Assembly: GCA_964501355.1 (NCBI GenBank)
Contig: CAZCSM010000004.1
Span: 3,340-67,339 of the forward strand
Direction: 5' to 3'
Length of the DNA stretch: 64,000 bases
DNA from: an uncultured Candidatus Saccharibacteria bacterium
GTDB lineage: Bacteria > Patescibacteriota > Dojkabacteria > CAZCSM01
Positions 59,982 through 64,000 of the stretch are shown piece by piece. The notes beneath the pieces were generated by a model. It did no database searches. It was not told the origin of the DNA and saw only the letters and a list, made by a program, of their open reading frames with translations. Each line of letters opens with the position of its first letter. The first letter of the stretch is position 1. The translations under genes and the position numbers were made by a program.

Positions 59982-61505
59982 TTACTTTTCAATCCTAAAG
60001 CAGACGATCTTATCGCCCGACTCTATTTCGAACTTTGGAGTAAGGACAACACCACATTCTTGTCCCTTCTTTACCTTGTTAACTTCCTCTTTCAACACAC
60101 GAAGAGTGTTAATTTTTCCTTCGGCAATTCTCTCTCCTGCTCTCTCAACGTAACATTTCTGACCTCTTGCGCATGTACCGTCCGTAACAACACATCCTGC
60201 AACGATTGATTTATCTGAAAGGACAAATACCTGACGAACCTCAAGTTCCCCCATATTTATTTCTTCAGCCTCGATATCAATCATACCGGTTAACACATCA
60301 TCAATCTCATCAACAAGTTCATAGATTATGTTATAAATTCTAGTGATAACTCTCTCTCTTTTGGCAATTTCTTTGACATAGTCGGAGATACCGACATCAA
60401 ATCCAACAACCAAACCTCTTGATGTCTTCGCTGCAATAACGTCTTTTTCGACAATATCACCAGTTCCTGATTGAATTACTTTAACCTCAACATCTTCATC
60501 CGAGAGATTTTTTAATTCAGACTCGATGGCTTCTAAGGTTCCACTTGTATCAGCTTTCAACACAACAGAGAGGATTTTCTTTTTTGATTCCACTTCCTGC
60601 ATTCCAAGAAGTTCCAAAACAGAAAGTTCTTCAACTTCTTCAATTAATTCTTCCTTCTCTTTTTCTTCTTTGACGATAACCTCAAGTTCCTTTGGTGTTT
60701 TTGCAGAAGTAAACAATCCTCCAACGGGAAGAACCTCTTTTATTCCTAAAATTGAAACAGCATCTGCGGGCTCAGCTTTCTCAATATTGTTTCCTTCTGT
60801 ATCAAGAAGTGCACGAACCTTTCCTGTTGATTCATTACACAAAACATATTCTCCTAATCGAAGCGTTCCTTCTTTTACAAGAACCGTTGTAACAGCGCCA
60901 AGGCTTGAATCTAGTTTAGATTCTAAAATCACACCACTAGCTTGTACCGTTGGGTCAGCTTTGAGTTCCTTCATCTCAGCAACCAAAAGGATCATTTCCA
61001 AAAGCTTATCGATATTTTCTCCGGTTTTTGCAGAAACAGGAATAATTGGAACATCGCCACCCCACTCCTCAACTAGAACATCATTATTTGCTAAGTCCTG
61101 CTTGACCTTTTCAATGTCTGCACCCGGTAAATCGATTTTATTTGCAGCAACAACAATAGAAGCTCCGGCTTTCTTGATGTGTTGAATTGCCTCCTTTGTT
61201 TGAGGTTTTACACTATCATCAGCAGCAACAACCAAAACTGCAATATCAGCTACCTGACCACCACGGGATCTCATTTCTGTAAAAACCTCATGTCCCGGTG
61301 TATCAATAAAAGTTATTTTCTTATCATTGTATGAGAGCTGATGCGCTCGAACATGCTGAGTAATTCCACCAGGCTCACCCTCTTGAACATGAGCCTTTCG
61401 AATGTAATCCAAAATTGAAGTCTTCCCGTGATCAACGTGACCAAGAAAAGTAACAACAGGAGGTTTTACCATTAAATTTGTATTTACTTCTTTCTTTTTT
61501 GCCAT
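59982..61505 (-). CDS. infB: translation initiation factor IF-2 (short form, G-domain onward)
   Basis: GTP-binding motifs GHVDHGKTS, DTPGH and NKID, plus a C-terminal beta-barrel domain. 507 aa. Confidence 0.9.
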   Translation of the reverse strand: MAKKKEVNTNLMVKPPVVTFLGHVDHGKTSILDYIRKAHVQEGEPGGITQHVRAHQLSYNDKKITFIDTPGHEVFTEMRSRGGQVADIAVLVVAADDSVKPQTKEAIQHIKKAGASIVVAANKIDLPGADIEKVKQDLANNDVLVEEWGGDVPIIPVSAKTGENIDKLLEMILLVAEMKELKADPTVQASGVILESKLDSSLGAVTTVLVKEGTLRLGEYVLCNESTGKVRALLDTEGNNIEKAEPADAVSILGIKEVLPVGGLFTSAKTPKELEVIVKEEKEKEELIEEVEELSVLELLGMQEVESKKKILSVVLKADTSGTLEAIESELKNLSDEDVEVKVIQSGTGDIVEKDVIAAKTSRGLVVGFDVGISDYVKEIAKRERVITRIYNIIYELVDEIDDVLTGMIDIEAEEINMGELEVRQVFVLSDKSIVAGCVVTDGTCARGQKCYVERAGERIAEGKINTLRVLKEEVNKVKKGQECGVVLTPKFEIESGDKIVCFRIEK

Positions 61506-61508
61506 TTG

Positions 61509-61901
61509 TTATTTTGTTAAAGCATCAATTAAATCGTCTTTTGTGATCCTGAGCGTAACAGTCTTTTTTCCCTTCCTAAATTCTCTTTTGTATAAAACTT
61601 CCTGAAAATCTTTTTGAAGTTTCTCAACCTCTTCTTCGTTAAGTTTTTTTCCAAGTTCTAAAGATCTCTCAATTGCACCTATCCTCGTAGCCTTATTAAA
61701 GCAATCCATACTTTCACAAAGATTTGCTCCACGTCCCCGAATCTTTCCTGACTCATCAATTACCGCGGTACCGTCTTCCATTCGAACGACACGAACCATG
61801 TCCCCCTTTGCCGCCTTATTTCTGCATGCTATACAAGTTCGTTCAGGAACCTTTTTTTCTTTTACACCTTTTTTCTTTGCCATTGTTAAACTCAAACTCA
61901 A
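61509..61901 (-). CDS. YlxR/RnpM-like (DUF448) protein
   Basis: RTCIACR motif. Sits in the conserved position between nusA and infB. Confidence 0.6.
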   Translation of the reverse strand: MSLSLTMAKKKGVKEKKVPERTCIACRNKAAKGDMVRVVRMEDGTAVIDESGKIRGRGANLCESMDCFNKATRIGAIERSLELGKKLNEEEVEKLQKDFQEVLYKREFRKGKKTVTLRITKDDLIDALTK

Positions 61902-61934
61902 ACAAAACTTACTTCTGATTATATGAACAACGTT

Positions 61935-62519
61935 TTACAATTTGGTTGCTATCTTCTTTGTAATTTTTGATGCTTCAATTTGTCCAGGAGACATCTTTAT
62001 TCTTTCTCTATAGAACTTAGCGGTCATTAATTCTTTGTAATCGGAAATTTTTTCAGTAAACTCAATTCCTGACAAGTGATCATATTCATGCTGAATTACC
62101 CTTGCTAAAATTCCATCACAAGTAAGCCTAAACTTTTTTCCACTTTTATCAAAAGCCTCTATCGTTATTTCTCTTGGTCGTTTAACTGGTCCGAACAAAT
62201 TACCTTTTAACACACTTCCACAACCTTCATATACTACACTTATCTCACTTGAAGATTTAATTATTGTTGGATTAATGTAAATACGTAGTTCATCGGCTTG
62301 ATTTGCAGGTCTTGATGCAGTTTCTCTCGGCTCAGTTACAAATATTTTCCAATTCGCACCTATTTGTTGAGCAGCCATACCAATCAATTCATTTTTATAC
62401 ATGGTATCAATCAAGTCTTGAATAACTTGTTTGACAACTGGACTACTAAAATCATTTACAACCTTGTTTTCGACTTTTAATCTCGGATCACCAATTTGAA
62501 TTGTTCGTTTTACAGCCAC
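61935..62519 (-). CDS. def: peptide deformylase
   Basis: Motif 1 GMAAQQIG, motif 2 EGCGS and motif 3 QHEYDHLSG. 194 aa. Confidence 0.8.
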   Translation of the reverse strand: MAVKRTIQIGDPRLKVENKVVNDFSSPVVKQVIQDLIDTMYKNELIGMAAQQIGANWKIFVTEPRETASRPANQADELRIYINPTIIKSSSEISVVYEGCGSVLKGNLFGPVKRPREITIEAFDKSGKKFRLTCDGILARVIQHEYDHLSGIEFTEKISDYKELMTAKFYRERIKMSPGQIEASKITKKIATKL

Positions 62520-62636
62520 ACTCTACATCATCTAAATTATATTTCAAACGATTTTTAACTACGTTTCAACAATGTTTGAACGATGTTTTAACAATTTCTA
62601 CGTTTAACAATGTTTGAACGACGTTTTCTCTACTTT

Positions 62637-63926
62637 TTATCTACTTTTTAACGATGTAATTATCTTCTCTGCAGCCTTCTCTCCAACACCCTTCAATTCC
62701 ATCAATTCCTCTTTGTTCATTTTCTTCAAGTCGTCGACTGATTTACCTGCGTCTTTGATTGATTTAACAACCCTAGCCGTCAATCCGAGTAATTCTAGTT
62801 TATCCTTTGATTCTTTAACAGATTCCTTTGTAGAAACTTCTTCCTCAACATCCTTGGAAACAACCTCTGCTGCTGCACTTCCAATAATCTTTCCTTCTGG
62901 ACCAGAGATATCAATCTTCCAACCTGTGAGTTTTGCTGCCAATCGTACATTCTGACCTTCTTTTCCAATTGCTAATGACAATTGATCCTCAGGAACCTTT
63001 ACAACAGCAGTCTTTGATTTCTCATCTATCTTTACGTCAAGGACTTCAGCTGGAGACAAAGCATTTGCAATAAAGTTTGCGATGTTCTCATCCCAAAGGA
63101 TAATATCAATCTTTTCTCCACCCAATTCATCAGTAACTGCATTAATTCGAATTCCTCTCTGACCGACACATGAACCGATTGGATCTACACCTTCCTGTGT
63201 TGACCAAACAGCAACCTTGCTTCTTGAACCGGATTCTCTTGCGACAGATTTAATTTTAACAGTACCCGTTGAAATTTCAGGAACTTCGAGTTCGAATAAA
63301 CCAGCTAAGAATTCAGGGCATGCTCTAGAAACAACCATTTGTTGATTTCCAGCAACTTCTTTTGCTTTCTTCAAGTAGAATTTCTTTCGTGTACCAGCCT
63401 TGTAGAATTCGCCAACAATTTGCTCTTCAGGAGGCATAGTTACTGTAATTCTATCAACTTCAATAATTACACTTCTTCCGCTCATTCTCTGGATCGTACC
63501 CGTTTGGATTGTGTCTTCTTTCTCTTTGAACTTGTTAACGAGGACGTCTCTCTCAGCCTCCCGAACCTTTTGCATAATAACCTGTCTTGCAACCTGTGCT
63601 GCTAGACGACCAAATCCTTCTTCAGGAGTTACATCAACTTCAACATGATCACCTTTCTTTAGTCTTGGTTCAAGTTCTTTTGCAACATCAATGTTAATCT
63701 GTGTCTTGTCATCAGTAACTTCATCAACAACTTTTTTATCAGCAATCATTCGGATTTCTCCTGTTTCTCTGTTAAGTTCTGTATAGATTGTTTCTCCTTC
63801 GCCGTAGTACTTTTTGTAAATTGTAAGCATTGCCTGCTCGATAGCAACGAATACTTCTTCTGCATTAATGCCTCTTTCCGAAGCCAATTGCTGAACAGCT
63901 GCCATAAATTCTGAGTGAGTTGTCAT
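62637..63926 (-). CDS. nusA: transcription termination/antitermination factor NusA
   Basis: N-terminal NusA_N, then S1, two KH domains and a C-terminal HhH tail (…LMELKGVGEKAAEKI…). 429 aa. Confidence 0.9.
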   Translation of the reverse strand: MTTHSEFMAAVQQLASERGINAEEVFVAIEQAMLTIYKKYYGEGETIYTELNRETGEIRMIADKKVVDEVTDDKTQINIDVAKELEPRLKKGDHVEVDVTPEEGFGRLAAQVARQVIMQKVREAERDVLVNKFKEKEDTIQTGTIQRMSGRSVIIEVDRITVTMPPEEQIVGEFYKAGTRKKFYLKKAKEVAGNQQMVVSRACPEFLAGLFELEVPEISTGTVKIKSVARESGSRSKVAVWSTQEGVDPIGSCVGQRGIRINAVTDELGGEKIDIILWDENIANFIANALSPAEVLDVKIDEKSKTAVVKVPEDQLSLAIGKEGQNVRLAAKLTGWKIDISGPEGKIIGSAAAEVVSKDVEEEVSTKESVKESKDKLELLGLTARVVKSIKDAGKSVDDLKKMNKEELMELKGVGEKAAEKIITSLKSR

Positions 63927-64000
63927 TTTTTCTATAATTTAAATATTAATTTCACATGTCATTCCGCACAGCGTAGCGTGATGCGGAATCTCGGACTATG

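Overview
This window is AT-rich bacterial DNA with a compact, mostly minus-strand gene layout, a short 507-aa IF2 and many small membrane proteins. That pattern fits a reduced-genome bacterium, possibly Patescibacteria/CPR, but this is inference only. Long intact ORFs for GroEL, PolA, PNPase and HsdR show the standard code with no UGA recoding.

Core housekeeping genes (coordinates and strands are in the feature list):
- polA, ftsH and a chaperone set (groES-groEL, hsp20), the latter with CIRCE-like operators;
- smpB, rnj, a Lon-like AAA+ ATPase with no protease domain, and an actin-like FtsA;
- an operon nusA-def-ylxR-infB-(480 aa)-rpsO-pnp;
- an SbcD/SbcC (YhaO/YhaN-like) pair, a SpoIID/LytB-like protein, and a nucleotide-salvage cluster (NDT-like/RHH fusion proteins, a HAD hydrolase, a phosphoribosyltransferase);
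- twin tRNA(CAT) genes (one fMet-like) next to a tyrosine recombinase.

Accessory content:
- A ~13.6 kb candidate integrated element spans 12157..25799. It ends at a tRNA with anticodon TAT, which a large serine recombinase gene overlaps. It carries an XRE/ImmA module, a Rep_trans-like initiator and a complete Type I restriction-modification system (hsdM, hsdS, hsdR) with an NYN-nuclease gene between hsdM and hsdS, plus a YgjP-like metallohydrolase. A 14-nt repeat of the tRNA 3' end sits at the far boundary, and a perfect 107-bp tandem duplication lies just inside it.
- A tandem array of five paralogous VirB2/TrbC-like pilin-fold proteins, each fused to a Cys-rich or Gly-rich extracellular module, lies at 38315..41722. 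A VirB4/TraC-like membrane ATPase lies about 10 kb away at the head of a long co-directional gene string.
- A family of MITE-like inverted-repeat elements flanks a GIY-YIG nuclease gene.
- A frameshifted paralog of the NDT-like/RHH gene is present.
- Repeated intergenic elements lie upstream of heat-shock genes.
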